Below are positions 18,233-28,647 of a stretch of 64,000 nt of DNA, piece after piece. The first letter of the stretch is position 1, and every line of letters begins with the position of its first letter. The notes beneath the pieces were generated by a model. The model saw only the letters and a program-made list of their open reading frames with translations. It searched no databases and was not told where the DNA came from. A program made the translations under genes and the position numbers. Origin of the DNA: Thermodesulfobacteriota bacterium (GTDB lineage: Bacteria > Desulfobacterota > Desulfarculia > JACQYL01); NCBI GenBank assembly GCA_963675595.2, contig CAXXLZ010000002.1, forward strand, positions 3,712,001-3,776,000, given 5' to 3'.

Positions 18233-19114
18233 ATGACTCGTCCCCACAAACAGTGGCATGTCTTCACCGTTTCCGCACCCGCGGAACTGGAAGATGCTTT
18301 CTCCGTCCTCCTCTTGGAGGAAGGATTCCAAGGCGTTCTGGTGGATTCGGGACCCGACGGGAGCGTCGTTCTTACCGTTTATGCCGAAAAAGACGGTACG
18401 GAGGCCCCCCGAAGCAGAGTCCGACGCGTTCTCCAAGCCGTGGCCGATGCCTTTCCCGACTCCCGTCCCGCCGGCCTTTCCGAGTCGAGTCTCGAAGATG
18501 AAAACTGGGCCGAGAACTGGAAGCAATATTTTCTCCCCTTCAAGCCGGCTTCCCGTGTGGTCATCCGACCTTCGTGGATTCCCCATGAGGGCGCTCCGGA
18601 CGAGATCGTGCTCACCATTGATCCCGGGCGAGCCTTCGGTACGGGTCAACACGAGACCACCGCCCTGTGCGTGGAACGACTCGAAATCCTCCAAACCTCC
18701 GGCCCGCCTCGTCGCCGAGTGCTGGACGCGGGTACCGGTACGGGTATTCTCGCCATGGCCGCGGCGCGGTTGGGAGCCTCCCGCGTTCTCGCCGTGGACA
18801 TTGATCCCGAAGCGGTTTCCGCGGCCCGAAAGAACGTGGAGATCAACGGACTGAATGATCGGGTCGAGGTGTCCGATCGTGGGCTCGATACGTTGGATGA
18901 ATCTTTCGATCTGGTGGTGGCGAACCTCGACAAGCGGACCCTGCTGGAAACGGCGTCCTGCCTGACCCGCTTGATCGCGCCCGGAGGCGTGCTTCTGCTT
19001 TCGGGGATTCTGCTGGATCAGGAATCGGATGTGAGAGACGGATTCGGGGGATTCAAGCTGGTGGAAAGGCGGTCCCGGGGAGAATGGGTGTGCCTGGAGC
19101 TATCGGCGGTCTGA
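18233..19114 (+). CDS. prmA: Ribosomal protein L11 methyltransferase
   Basis: ENWAENWKQYF, IDPGRAFGTGQHETT and VLDAGTGTGIL motifs. Confidence 0.93.
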   Translation: MTRPHKQWHVFTVSAPAELEDAFSVLLLEEGFQGVLVDSGPDGSVVLTVYAEKDGTEAPRSRVRRVLQAVADAFPDSRPAGLSESSLEDENWAENWKQYFLPFKPASRVVIRPSWIPHEGAPDEIVLTIDPGRAFGTGQHETTALCVERLEILQTSGPPRRRVLDAGTGTGILAMAAARLGASRVLAVDIDPEAVSAARKNVEINGLNDRVEVSDRGLDTLDESFDLVVANLDKRTLLETASCLTRLIAPGGVLLLSGILLDQESDVRDGFGGFKLVERRSRGEWVCLELSAV

Positions 19115-19881
19115 GACGGTTTTACGCGCCCCCGGAGCAGATTCGGGAGGACCGGGCTCTGCTCCTGGACGAGGAGGCTCGTCACGTCCGAGTGACTCTG
19201 CGTATGAATCCGGGCGATGAACTGGCCGTTCTGGACGGTATGGGCCGCGCTTATCGAGGCCGCATCGAGGCCCTGGGCAAAGACCGGGTGGTGGTTCGCA
19301 TCGAAGATTCGGTACGACGTGAAGAAGCGCCCCGTTTTCGTTTCACTCTTGCCTCGGCGCTTATCCGCAACGAAAAGATGAAATGGGTTCTGCAGAAGGC
19401 GACGGAACTGGGCGTCACGTCGATCCGACCCTTTGTCTCCCAGCGATGTGTGGCCCGGAGCGGCGGCCCTTCCTGGATGGAAAGAAACCGAAGAATTTTG
19501 GTGGATGCCGTGAAGCAGTGCGGGCGGTTGGTCTTGCCCGAGTTGTTCGAGCCCGTGGCATTCGAAGAACTCATTGCGGCTCGCAGTGATGCGGATTCGC
19601 GCATTCTTCTGTGGGAAGGAGTCTGCGAACCGTTGAAAAATATCCTGAGTCGGCTGAACCGTCCCGAACACGTCCTGGCCGTGGTGGGGCCCGAAGGCGG
19701 TTTCACTCCGGAGGAGGTTCGGCTGGCGACGTCCGAGGGGTTCGCCGTGGCTAGCCTGGGCGCCGGCGTCCTGCGGGCGGAGACCGCCGCCGTTGCTTTG
19801 GCCGGGATACTAGGGTACGAATTCGGGGATCCGGTTCGGCAGGATTCCACCGAAGACACTGGGCTGGAGGAGGAAACATGA
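19084..19881 (+). CDS. rsmE: 16S rRNA m3U1498 methyltransferase (start uncertain)
   Basis: QKATELGV, VGPEGGF and LRAETA motifs; follows prmA. Confidence 0.93.
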   Translation: MGVPGAIGGLRRFYAPPEQIREDRALLLDEEARHVRVTLRMNPGDELAVLDGMGRAYRGRIEALGKDRVVVRIEDSVRREEAPRFRFTLASALIRNEKMKWVLQKATELGVTSIRPFVSQRCVARSGGPSWMERNRRILVDAVKQCGRLVLPELFEPVAFEELIAARSDADSRILLWEGVCEPLKNILSRLNRPEHVLAVVGPEGGFTPEEVRLATSEGFAVASLGAGVLRAETAAVALAGILGYEFGDPVRQDSTEDTGLEEET

Positions 19882-21176
19882 AGTGTCCAAAGTGTGGCTA
19901 TACTTCCTTTGATTACCTGGAGTCCTGCAAGAAATGCCATGCGGACCTTTTTGACGCCCGCGACTCCCTGGGGATGACCGATTTGCCTTCCGAAGTTTCT
20001 CCGGATGTGTTGCGGTTTCCCCGTGTGTTTCCCGAGTCTTCGGAAGAACCCGAGCAGGCCGAGGAAATTCGGACGGAGGACCGGGATGAGCCTGGAATTC
20101 CCGAAGAGCCCTCATCTTCGGAGACCCTCGAAGAGGACTGGATCGAACTTCCCGAAAGCGACGTGGTGGAAGCGGTGGGATTTCCCACTGAGGAACCCGT
20201 TGAGTACGTTGGAAAAAGCCCCGTGGAAAACCTCGAACCTGCCGACGTCTCGGTCTCGGCCGTTGCCGTGGAAGGGCTTGACGTCGGATCGCCCTCCGAG
20301 TTTGAGGATGATTTCTTGAACGCATTCCCCGAGGAAGTCCCGGAAGAGGCGGTGGAGGAAGCACCGGAAGAGACGGCCGACAAAGTTCTGGTGGAGGCGC
20401 CCGAAGAAGTCGTGGAAGAGATCGAGCAAGTCCCGGATGAGTTCTCTGCCGTGCTCTTGAACGGGATTGCGGAGGAGCCCGGCGGTCGGCTCGCCGAGGC
20501 CGAAGAAGTCGAGCCTATCAAAGACGAGTTCTCAACGGAAACCGTCTGCCCCTCTTCCGAACCCTCTTTGGAAGGTCCTTCGGCATTTACCCCCGAGATA
20601 TTTTCGGAAGCCGCGCCCGAAGAAGTTTTCGAGGAGACTGAATTTGAGGAGCCTCAAGGTTTCGAGGTCGAGGACGAAACCGGAACCGAAACGGAAGAAA
20701 TCGAGAGGGGGGCCGAGCGCCTACAGGCTTTCGAGGAGATCGATCTGGATTTTGTTTCCGAGGAGGACTTGTTGCTCGAGGATTCCGATGATGATGAGGA
20801 GACGGGCCTGGAAGCCGATTCCCGGGAAATCGGGGATTCCCTGGAAACCGACGACTCCGAAGAAGGGTTCGACTTCATCGAGTATGAGGACGAGGATGAA
20901 ACCTTGGCCGAGCTCAGGGGGTCGGTGATGGACTCGGATGTCTCCCAAGAGATAGCCGGTGCGTCCGAACAAGGTCCCGTATCGGCCGAAGCGTCCGACC
21001 CGGACCTGGCTATGCTGGTGAGTGAGGTCACGGGCGCCGCGGATTCGGAAGTCGAAAGGAGACCGTTCGATCCAGGGAGCGGACGAAAGCCGGCCAGGGA
21101 ATTCGTGCTGGACGATCCTTTCGAGCTGTCCGACGAAGAAATTCTGGCGGTGATTCCCGATCTGGACGACGAGTAA
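19878..21176 (+). CDS. Highly acidic protein with N-terminal zinc ribbon
   Basis: MKCPKCGYTSFDYLESCKKC followed by ~400 aa of Glu/Asp-rich low complexity; GGAGG RBS and ATGA overlap with rsmE. Confidence 0.8.
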   Translation: MKCPKCGYTSFDYLESCKKCHADLFDARDSLGMTDLPSEVSPDVLRFPRVFPESSEEPEQAEEIRTEDRDEPGIPEEPSSSETLEEDWIELPESDVVEAVGFPTEEPVEYVGKSPVENLEPADVSVSAVAVEGLDVGSPSEFEDDFLNAFPEEVPEEAVEEAPEETADKVLVEAPEEVVEEIEQVPDEFSAVLLNGIAEEPGGRLAEAEEVEPIKDEFSTETVCPSSEPSLEGPSAFTPEIFSEAAPEEVFEETEFEEPQGFEVEDETGTETEEIERGAERLQAFEEIDLDFVSEEDLLLEDSDDDEETGLEADSREIGDSLETDDSEEGFDFIEYEDEDETLAELRGSVMDSDVSQEIAGASEQGPVSAEASDPDLAMLVSEVTGAADSEVERRPFDPGSGRKPAREFVLDDPFELSDEEILAVIPDLDDE

Positions 21177-21243
21177 TGGGATCACCGAAGCACCGGCTTT
21201 CCGGAATTGAACAAAGGCTCGAATCCTTGTTAGGATGACATGT

Positions 21244-21714
21244 ATGAAAATATGTAAGCTGCTTCATCCCGAACAGGTGATCCTGGACGCCCGAGCTCCG
21301 GACAAGGAAGCGGCGCTTCGCATGACGGCCGAGATATTGTCCGACAAGGGAGTGGTCGAACACCCCGAGCGGCTCTATGAAGAGCTCAGGGCCAGGGAGG
21401 GGGTCATGAGCACCGGCATCGGGGGAGGTTTCGCAGTGCCTCACGCGGCCAGTGATGAAGCCGGTGAAACGGGTCTTCTGCTTCTCCGCTTGGCCGGACC
21501 GGTGGACTTTCAGTCCATCGACGAGAAACCTGTGGACGTCATTTTGGCCGTAGTCGTCCCACGGGATTACCGGTCCCTACATCTTCAAATTCTTGCCGCT
21601 ATTTCGAGGCTTTGCCGCAAGACGGATTTTTTGGAGGCCGTGCGAAAGGCTCGAGATCCTGAGGCCCTTCTTCGGGACATTGAGGTCCTGGAGGAGCGGA
21701 TCGCGTTTCATTAG
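21244..21714 (+). CDS. PTS IIA (Ntr/fructose-type) domain protein
   Basis: REGVMSTGIGGGFAVPHA phospho-His motif and DFQSIDEKPV. Confidence 0.9.
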   Translation: MKICKLLHPEQVILDARAPDKEAALRMTAEILSDKGVVEHPERLYEELRAREGVMSTGIGGGFAVPHAASDEAGETGLLLLRLAGPVDFQSIDEKPVDVILAVVVPRDYRSLHLQILAAISRLCRKTDFLEAVRKARDPEALLRDIEVLEERIAFH

Positions 21715-21751
21715 AAAATTTTTTTCTTTTTTCTCGGACTGGATCCACCGG

Positions 21752-22150
21752 ATGCATTTACTATTCGTGGTGATGAACAACGAAGAACTCCTGGACGACC
21801 TCATAACCGGATGGCTGGACATGGGCATTACCGGGGCCACGGTGGTGGAGTCCACGGATTCGGTCCAACTGATCAGTTCGCATGTGCCCATTTTCGCGGG
21901 GTTTCGGGCCCTGACCAGCGGCGGCGTCCCTCATAACAAGACCATCTTCACCGTGGTGGAAACCGACGAGTTGTTGGAGCGGGCCGTCGAATACCTGAAT
22001 CACATTTGTGACGATGTGTGTGTTCCTCACCAAGGCGTTTATTTCGCGGTTCCCCTGACTCGATTCGGGCGGCTGGGGGAGGAACAGGACCCCGAGGAGA
22101 ACCGGCGTCACCTTGAGAAGAAATTGGGCAAACCCATCAAGTCGGATTGA
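21752..22150 (+). CDS. PII-like small protein
   Basis: GITGATVVES...PIFAG...NKTIFTVV...GVYFAVP pattern of PII-like proteins. Confidence 0.65.
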   Translation: MHLLFVVMNNEELLDDLITGWLDMGITGATVVESTDSVQLISSHVPIFAGFRALTSGGVPHNKTIFTVVETDELLERAVEYLNHICDDVCVPHQGVYFAVPLTRFGRLGEEQDPEENRRHLEKKLGKPIKSD

Positions 22151-22242
22151 CGAGTCGCGAAACTTCCGCACTTAGTCGGGGGCGCTTCCCCGAATCTCTC
22201 TGTGTACTTTCCAAAGACGATGTCTTACTTTCCCGGGCCGAC

Positions 22243-23604
22243 TCACCGTTTGTTGGTTTCCTTCACCATGTTCAGCACGGCTTTGAACGTGATGGGCCCC
22301 GCCATCTGGTTGATGGTGATGGCGGCAAGCACAATGGTGGTGAGGTAAAGCCCCATTTCGGGAAACTGCCGTTCCGTAAGCCGGGCCAGTCCGATGGCGA
22401 CCCCCGCTTGGGTGAGATAGGCCATCCAGGCAAAACGATTATGCAGGGGGGGATCCTGGGACAGCGTGCCCGCCAGCCACGATCCTCCCAGCAGCCCCAC
22501 GGTACGAACCGCGGCCAGACCAACGGCCAGCGGCCATGTTTTCAGCAGCGCTCCCAAGTCGAGGGCCGCTCCCGCCAGAGCGAAGAACAGGACGTAGACG
22601 GGCAGGGAAAACCGGTCCAGGCTTTCCAGAAAATCGGGTCCCGTCCTGCTGAAGTTCTGCACCGTGAAACCGGCGCTCATGCAGATGAGCAGAGGCTCAA
22701 GGGTCATGGAAACATGTAGAAGGTCATGAACCCAGTGCTCGAACCAGATGGAAACGCGGGTTACGCTGAAAGCGAAAAGCAACAGGAACAACGGGATGTC
22801 TTTTCCGATGCGGTCGATGTAGAGGGCGATGGCTTTGCCCAGCAGCAGTCCGATGACCAGGGCACCCAGAATTTCCGGGAGAACGGCGACCATGGAGACC
22901 CACATTCCCGGACTTTGGGGCAGCAGCATGGTTTTCGCCGCCGACAGCACAACGGTGAACAGGACGATAATGACCACGTCCATGGCCACGGTCACACCCA
23001 GTACGGTCTCCGTGAACACGCCCTTGGCTCGGGTTTCGCTGATAACGGCAATGGCGGAGGAAGGGGAACGGGCTACCGCCGCCACACCCAGAAGCATGGC
23101 CAGGGCTGCGGTTTGGGACGAGGAAAGCTCGGAAAAGGAGCCGAACAGGGACGCGGTGAGCATGAAGAATCCGCAAGTCAATGCGAAGATAAAGAAGGTC
23201 TGGAACGACAAGTTGAGCAATATGGCCTTCATTCGTTCCTTGAGGAAGTCCCAACGAAGCATGCCTCCGGCGGAAAGGGCGATGAAGCTGAGGGCGAGTT
23301 CGTCGACGAGCTTGAGGTTCTCCACCAAATCTTTGGTGAGCAACCCGGCAACGTGAGGTCCTGAGACGATTCCGGCGAACAGATAGCCGGTGAGCAAGGG
23401 AAGCCCCAACGTCTTGAACATCTGAGCGCAGGCGTATGCGGCCAGGAGCACGAAGCCCAGGGAGAAATCCACCAGGCCGGTGTACTGACGATGGACGGTT
23501 ATTTCGATACCTCCCGCGATCCACCAAGCCAGAGCGACCAGACCGGTCAAGGCAAGAAAATAGGGAATCAAGGGAGCGGGTTTAGTCTTTGCCGGTGTCT
23601 TCAT
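22243..23604 (-). CDS. Cation:proton antiporter family protein
   Basis: Many TM segments; LPLLTGYL, ARSPSS, TVAMD, VLFFALAG and TQAGVAIGLA motifs. Confidence 0.85.
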   Translation of the reverse strand: MKTPAKTKPAPLIPYFLALTGLVALAWWIAGGIEITVHRQYTGLVDFSLGFVLLAAYACAQMFKTLGLPLLTGYLFAGIVSGPHVAGLLTKDLVENLKLVDELALSFIALSAGGMLRWDFLKERMKAILLNLSFQTFFIFALTCGFFMLTASLFGSFSELSSSQTAALAMLLGVAAVARSPSSAIAVISETRAKGVFTETVLGVTVAMDVVIIVLFTVVLSAAKTMLLPQSPGMWVSMVAVLPEILGALVIGLLLGKAIALYIDRIGKDIPLFLLLFAFSVTRVSIWFEHWVHDLLHVSMTLEPLLICMSAGFTVQNFSRTGPDFLESLDRFSLPVYVLFFALAGAALDLGALLKTWPLAVGLAAVRTVGLLGGSWLAGTLSQDPPLHNRFAWMAYLTQAGVAIGLARLTERQFPEMGLYLTTIVLAAITINQMAGPITFKAVLNMVKETNKR

Positions 23605-24799
23605 CTTGCTTTCCGAAAAGCAGTTGGTTCAGTCCGTAAGGACTCAGGAAGAACGTGAGAATAATGGCCGGAAGGACGACGCTCACGGCGCGGGTCCCGG
23701 CAGGGCCTTGGAATCCCTGAGAGAAGTCGAGGAGTATGGCGAGGGAAAGTCCGCCCATGTCCAGCAGGCCCAATCCCAACTGCGGGGAAATTTCACGAAG
23801 TCCCATGAATAGACGGGGAATCAGAACCCCCGCCGCCACTTTGGACATGATGCGAACCAGGCAATAAGCGCCTCCCAGAGCGAGCCATAAACCGGAGCCG
23901 CTCTTCCACGAAACGCCCAGGAAGAGCAGAATCAACAGGTAGACGGGTTTTTCCACGGTGGTCAGAATTTGATAAATGCGTTCCTTTTCTCGGGAGAGGT
24001 TCACCATGCAGACGCCCACGAAAAAGTTGGCGATCAGTGGGGAAAGGTTCAGCACGGATGCGGCGCCGCTGGTAAGCACCGCCAGGCCCACGGCCGCCAG
24101 GATGAGTTCGCTTTGGGTCATTCTCTTTCCCAGGAGAAGCAGAAAGACCGCGGTCAGTCCCAATCCCAAGCTCAGGCTTACAGCCAGGTCCTTGCCGATC
24201 TGGAAAAGCCAATCCGAGGAGTCCATGGAGGCGGAGCGAAGGGCGAATGCAAGACCGAAAAACAGGAGCGCGACGAACCCGTCGAGGCCGGCGATGGTTT
24301 GCAGCAGACGGACCAGGGAAGTACGGGTCGTTTCTCGGGAGCGGACCATCAGCGAAAGCACCGATTGGCCGGTACATGCGGCCACGGCCGCCAGCGTCAG
24401 CGAGACGGACAAACGGGGTCCCTCCGCCATGGAACGGACCAGGGGCAGCACCGTATAGGCTGCGAGAAACACGGACACCAAGGTGAAAAGAACCTGGAAA
24501 TTGGCGGCGGCCAGATATTCGAAGGGTAAACGACGAAGTTTGGACACTTCGAATTGAAACCCGAACAAGAGTCCCACCCAGCCAAGAAGGAGCGCGGTCA
24601 AAGGGGCCAGACCTCGCTGGGTCTCTTCGTCCACCACGTTCAAAAAGGCGGGTCCCAGGAGCAGTCCCAGGAACAGAAACTCGATGCCGGTGAAATGGAC
24701 ACGGACCGCCGCAAAGGGCAGGCGGAAGCCGCGAAAAGACATCCGATACCCGATGAAGGCGAGACTCACCACAAGCAGAAGCACAAACACGGCTTTCAT
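23582..24799 (-). CDS. Cation:proton antiporter family protein (second subunit or paralog)
   Basis: Many TM segments; GLLLGP, GWVGLLFG and LNLSPLIANF; overlaps the next antiporter gene. Confidence 0.75.
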   Translation of the reverse strand: MKAVFVLLLVVSLAFIGYRMSFRGFRLPFAAVRVHFTGIEFLFLGLLLGPAFLNVVDEETQRGLAPLTALLLGWVGLLFGFQFEVSKLRRLPFEYLAAANFQVLFTLVSVFLAAYTVLPLVRSMAEGPRLSVSLTLAAVAACTGQSVLSLMVRSRETTRTSLVRLLQTIAGLDGFVALLFFGLAFALRSASMDSSDWLFQIGKDLAVSLSLGLGLTAVFLLLLGKRMTQSELILAAVGLAVLTSGAASVLNLSPLIANFFVGVCMVNLSREKERIYQILTTVEKPVYLLILLFLGVSWKSGSGLWLALGGAYCLVRIMSKVAAGVLIPRLFMGLREISPQLGLGLLDMGGLSLAILLDFSQGFQGPAGTRAVSVVLPAIILTFFLSPYGLNQLLFGKQDEDTGKD

Positions 24800-25305
24800 C
24801 CTTTCATGGATACCTCAAACAGTGAATGGGAATCCAGAACTAAGATGAAAGACGGCTCCTCCGATTCGGAGTCGAGGCCTTCGAGCCGCTCTCGGACGGC
24901 GGAAAATCCGGGAAGCCGAATTCGAGGAACATTTAGGGTGCGTCGGAGGCAAGACGCGACGGAAGGCGGGAGCCGCGCGGAGGTGGGATTTGGCGAATTA
25001 AGGTTTGCACGGTCTGCAACGGATCGGGTATTTGTTGAGGCGGAAAGTTGTCCGGCGGGACACGGTCGCGTCTTGGGGGAGGGACCTTGTGGGAATCCCC
25101 TCGTGGAGGATCCTGCCGCGCGTGACGAGATCAGGGAAGCGTTCACAAAAAGGTGGGCTCGGTTTCAGGCTGTCCGAGTGCCGGGTTTCTTGTCGTTTTG
25201 CAGGAGTATTTGACAGTCAAAAGGCCGTTTGAGAAGAGAGTCCTTTGTTGGGCGCTTAAATTCTCCTAATATCAAGACGATATGGGGTCTTTATGCGCCG
25301 GTGGC

Positions 25306-25321
25306 GGGCACGAAACTTGCT
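25306..25321 (+). promoter_or_regulatory. Sigma54 promoter upstream of the CBS gene
   Basis: GGGCACGAAACTTGCT (GG-N10-GC, close to the TGGCACG-N4-TTGC consensus). Confidence 0.7.
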
Positions 25322-25377
25322 CTTGTTATAAAAGAGCGCTCTGTCGAAGATTGACTTCCCACCACGGAGGACCCGTC

Positions 25378-25803
25378 ATGAATATGGGTGACGCGCTGAC
25401 CCGGATCAGAAAATTACCCTATCTCACCCTTCCGGGAACCGCGACCATGGAGGAGGCCGTCTGCCGCCTCTCCGAGAATCAGCACCTCCGCGGCATTTAT
25501 GTCGTGGACGAAGACGGAAGATTAACCGGTAATCTTACCCTGGGTGTGCTGGTGAAAAACTTGATCAGCACTTCCGACGTTGTGCGGCATTCCATTCGAT
25601 CTCACAACGGTCGGGCCCACCATGACCAACTCTCGGAAATCGTGAGCAAATATGTGATTTACGCCAAGGCCGAAGACGACTCGGCGAAGATTCTCCAGCG
25701 GATGGTGGACTACGGTCTCAAGGAAATCCCGGTGTTGGACGATACCGGAAAAATCCTGGCCAATGTCGGCATCCTGGACTTGTGGCAGCTGGTGTCTCAC
25801 TGA
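25378..25803 (+). CDS. CBS-domain pair protein
   Basis: IYVVDEDGRLTG and IPVLDDTGKILA motifs; GGAGG RBS. Confidence 0.85.
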   Translation: MNMGDALTRIRKLPYLTLPGTATMEEAVCRLSENQHLRGIYVVDEDGRLTGNLTLGVLVKNLISTSDVVRHSIRSHNGRAHHDQLSEIVSKYVIYAKAEDDSAKILQRMVDYGLKEIPVLDDTGKILANVGILDLWQLVSH

Positions 25804-26223
25804 TCCGAAGGATTGGTGGGTTCCTAAAACACGAGTCGTCCCGAGGTTACGGAACGAGAATCCGGCTGTGGAGCGTCCCAAAGAGACGTGCGGGAAACCG
25901 CAGGTTTCCCGCACGAGGAGGATGGAAGAAGGGGAATTTCGGACGTTTGCAGTATTGCGCCCTCAGACCGGCTGAAACGCCCTGGGGATTATCCGGCCTG
26001 CAGAATCTCAGAGTACCAATCCGACTCATTCGGTTAAATACAGGGAGTGCCCCATTTGACTCTCCTTTGCACTCTAGTCGAGGGGAGACAAAAGTCCCCG
26101 TCTTCAGGAACCCGTCCGATTCAGGAAAGGATTCGACGACTTGCCCGACATTACCGATCCAAACACGTTTTGGCCGCCCGCAGTCCAGGCCGTTTCGACA
26201 TCGGTTGGAACCGGAGGAATATC

Positions 26224-27573
26224 ATGTATTCGACCTTGGTGAAGGGTGCGGCGGTCCTGGTGCTGGCGTGGCTGGGACTTACGGCCTCCGCTCCGAACGC
26301 AACGGCACAGAGCTCATCCCCGGAAACTTCCCATAAGAGCTCCTGGTGGGAGCGCTGGTTCGGCGAAGATCGTTTGGATTGGGGAGGCCACCTGAAGAAC
26401 CGGGTCACCCTTTCTCTACCGTCCGACGACGGTCTTTTGACGGCCGGAGAAACCGATCCTCTTTGGGACGAGCAGGCCGAGCTCCGACTCAAGGCGGCCT
26501 ATCATGTTACTCCGGACATCACTCTGGAGGTCCACAACGAGACTTACTATTTGGCGAGCGGGACCAAACGAGCGCTTTCCTTGCTGGGAGGCTCGGCGGG
26601 TTTGTATCCCGGTGTCGGCCTGAACGACGACAGACGACTGCTGGACCTCACCTGGAACATCGAGGAAGACCGGGACGAGCTGTGGCTGACCCGCTTCGAT
26701 CGCCTGTTTTGCACCCTGGATTACTCCGATGGGTATTTGAGGGTGGGACGCCAAGCCATTACGTGGGGTCACGGCCTGCTGTTCAATCCCATGGACGTGT
26801 TCAGTCCTTTCGCCCCCACCACCTTGGATCGGGACTATAAGCAGGGCGAGGATGCCGTGCTTTTCGAACATCGTTTGGGAGAGAGCCTGGGGGACGTTAC
26901 TCTTCTCCAGGTGTTCCGGCGGGACCCCGATTCGGAAGACGCCGAATGGAGCCAATTTTCGCTGGCAGGGAAATACCATACGTTTATTCCCGGCACACAG
27001 ACCGAGGTGACCTGCATTGCGGGTAAACATTTCGAAGATTTGGTGTTTGGTGCGGGGCTCGTGGGGTATTTGGGGGGGGCGGCATGCAGGTTGGACGCCA
27101 CGCTGACACGGTTGCAGGGTGGAGATACCTTCTCGAGCATGACGGCCAACCTGGATTATGCTTGGATGTGGTGGGGCAAGAACCTCTATGGCTGGGTGGA
27201 AGTTTACTACAACGGACTTGGACAGGGACGAAAGGACTACGAAGACGCCTGGAACCGGGAATCGGTTCGGGAGCGTCTCGATCGAGGAGAACTCTTTGTG
27301 CGGGGTCGTTGGTATCTGGACACTCAGGTGCGCATCGAATTGCACCCCCTGGTGAATCTTTACGTGAACACCATCACCAACCTGCTGGATCCGAGCGGAA
27401 TCGTGCAGCCTTACATCACCTGGGACGTTACCCAGAACGTGGGCCTCCACCTGGCGGGAACATTCTACTGGGGGGCGGAGGAGACGGAATACGGAGGAGT
27501 CCCGGTGCCGGGTACCCAATGGACCGACAAGCCACCCACCACGCTATATTCGTGGGTCGCCTGGTACTTCTGA
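26224..27573 (+). CDS. Putative outer-membrane beta-barrel protein
   Basis: Signal peptide, LRVGRQAITWG, FNPMDVFSPF and C-terminal WYF. Confidence 0.75.
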   Translation: MYSTLVKGAAVLVLAWLGLTASAPNATAQSSSPETSHKSSWWERWFGEDRLDWGGHLKNRVTLSLPSDDGLLTAGETDPLWDEQAELRLKAAYHVTPDITLEVHNETYYLASGTKRALSLLGGSAGLYPGVGLNDDRRLLDLTWNIEEDRDELWLTRFDRLFCTLDYSDGYLRVGRQAITWGHGLLFNPMDVFSPFAPTTLDRDYKQGEDAVLFEHRLGESLGDVTLLQVFRRDPDSEDAEWSQFSLAGKYHTFIPGTQTEVTCIAGKHFEDLVFGAGLVGYLGGAACRLDATLTRLQGGDTFSSMTANLDYAWMWWGKNLYGWVEVYYNGLGQGRKDYEDAWNRESVRERLDRGELFVRGRWYLDTQVRIELHPLVNLYVNTITNLLDPSGIVQPYITWDVTQNVGLHLAGTFYWGAEETEYGGVPVPGTQWTDKPPTTLYSWVAWYF

Positions 27574-27622
27574 AAGTGCTTAGGAGAAGTCGGGTAGGCC
27601 GCGCCGGCGGGCCGTCGCCCAT

Positions 27623-28411
27623 TCAAGGATTGGGGTGCGCGGATTTCTTCGCAATAAGGGCGGCTCCCAGGGCTCCCACGTGATCCACCTTGTCGGGAAT
27701 CATCAGCCGCAGATTCAGCAACTCCTCGAAGGCGCGCATTACGCCTTGATTCCGGGCCACTCCCCCGCAGAACATCACCCGTTCTTCCACTCCGACGCGG
27801 TGAAGCATGTTGGCGACCCTCTCACAGACCGCCAGGTGAGCGGCACGGATGATGTCCTCTTTGGCCGCGCCTTGAGAAAACAATGAAATCATTTCCGATT
27901 CGGCGAATACCGCGCAGATGCTGCTGACTCGAAGCTGTTTCTCGGATTTGGCCGAGAGTTCTCCCAGATCATCCAGGCTGATCCCGAAGACGCCTGCGAG
28001 CATTTCCAGAAAGCGTCCCGTTCCGGCCGCGCATTTGTCGTTCATGGCGAAATTCAGGACATTCCCCTTCCCATCCACCGAAATGACCTTGGAATCCTGA
28101 CCGCCGATGTCGATGATCGATCGGACGTCCCTGCTGAGAAAATTAGCTCCCATTCCGTAGCAGGTAATCTCAGTGACCGCCCGTTGAGCAAAACCGATGC
28201 TTTTTCTTCCGTAGCCCGTGGCCACGATAAAGGATATGTCCTGCTGCTCGATGCCGAGTTCCTTTAGAGCGTGATCCAGGACCTCACGACTCGAACGAAG
28301 GATATCTCCTCCGGTGAGAGTCCTGTGATAGGCAAGAACCTCGTTTTGCTCATTGATGATCACGAATTCAGTGGTGGAAGAACCGGAATCGATGCCGCCG
28401 AATATGGCCAT
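27623..28411 (-). CDS. 2-hydroxyacyl-CoA dehydratase activator (HgdC/BcrAD-type ASKHA ATPase)
   Basis: GIDSGS, ATGYGR, DIGGQD, MNDKCAAGTGRF and CAVFAESE motifs. Confidence 0.92.
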   Translation of the reverse strand: MAIFGGIDSGSSTTEFVIINEQNEVLAYHRTLTGGDILRSSREVLDHALKELGIEQQDISFIVATGYGRKSIGFAQRAVTEITCYGMGANFLSRDVRSIIDIGGQDSKVISVDGKGNVLNFAMNDKCAAGTGRFLEMLAGVFGISLDDLGELSAKSEKQLRVSSICAVFAESEMISLFSQGAAKEDIIRAAHLAVCERVANMLHRVGVEERVMFCGGVARNQGVMRAFEELLNLRLMIPDKVDHVGALGAALIAKKSAHPNP

Positions 28412-28647
28412 GCCGTGCGCCTCCTTTGCCGATGACTCGCGTTCTCCGGTTTCAGAGAACGGCGCTCGTCAGCTAAACCACATTGCCGAAGGAATCTCAA
28501 GTGATTGCTCAAACGGATCGCGCGCGTGCGAAGCGTCCCGGGCGCCGGGGCACCGGGCGTCTTGACCTTTTCCGGCGATTGGGTCAGGATGGCCGACGGA
28601 CTACGGGGACCGGCTTGAACCGGATATCCGAACTTGAAGGAATACGC

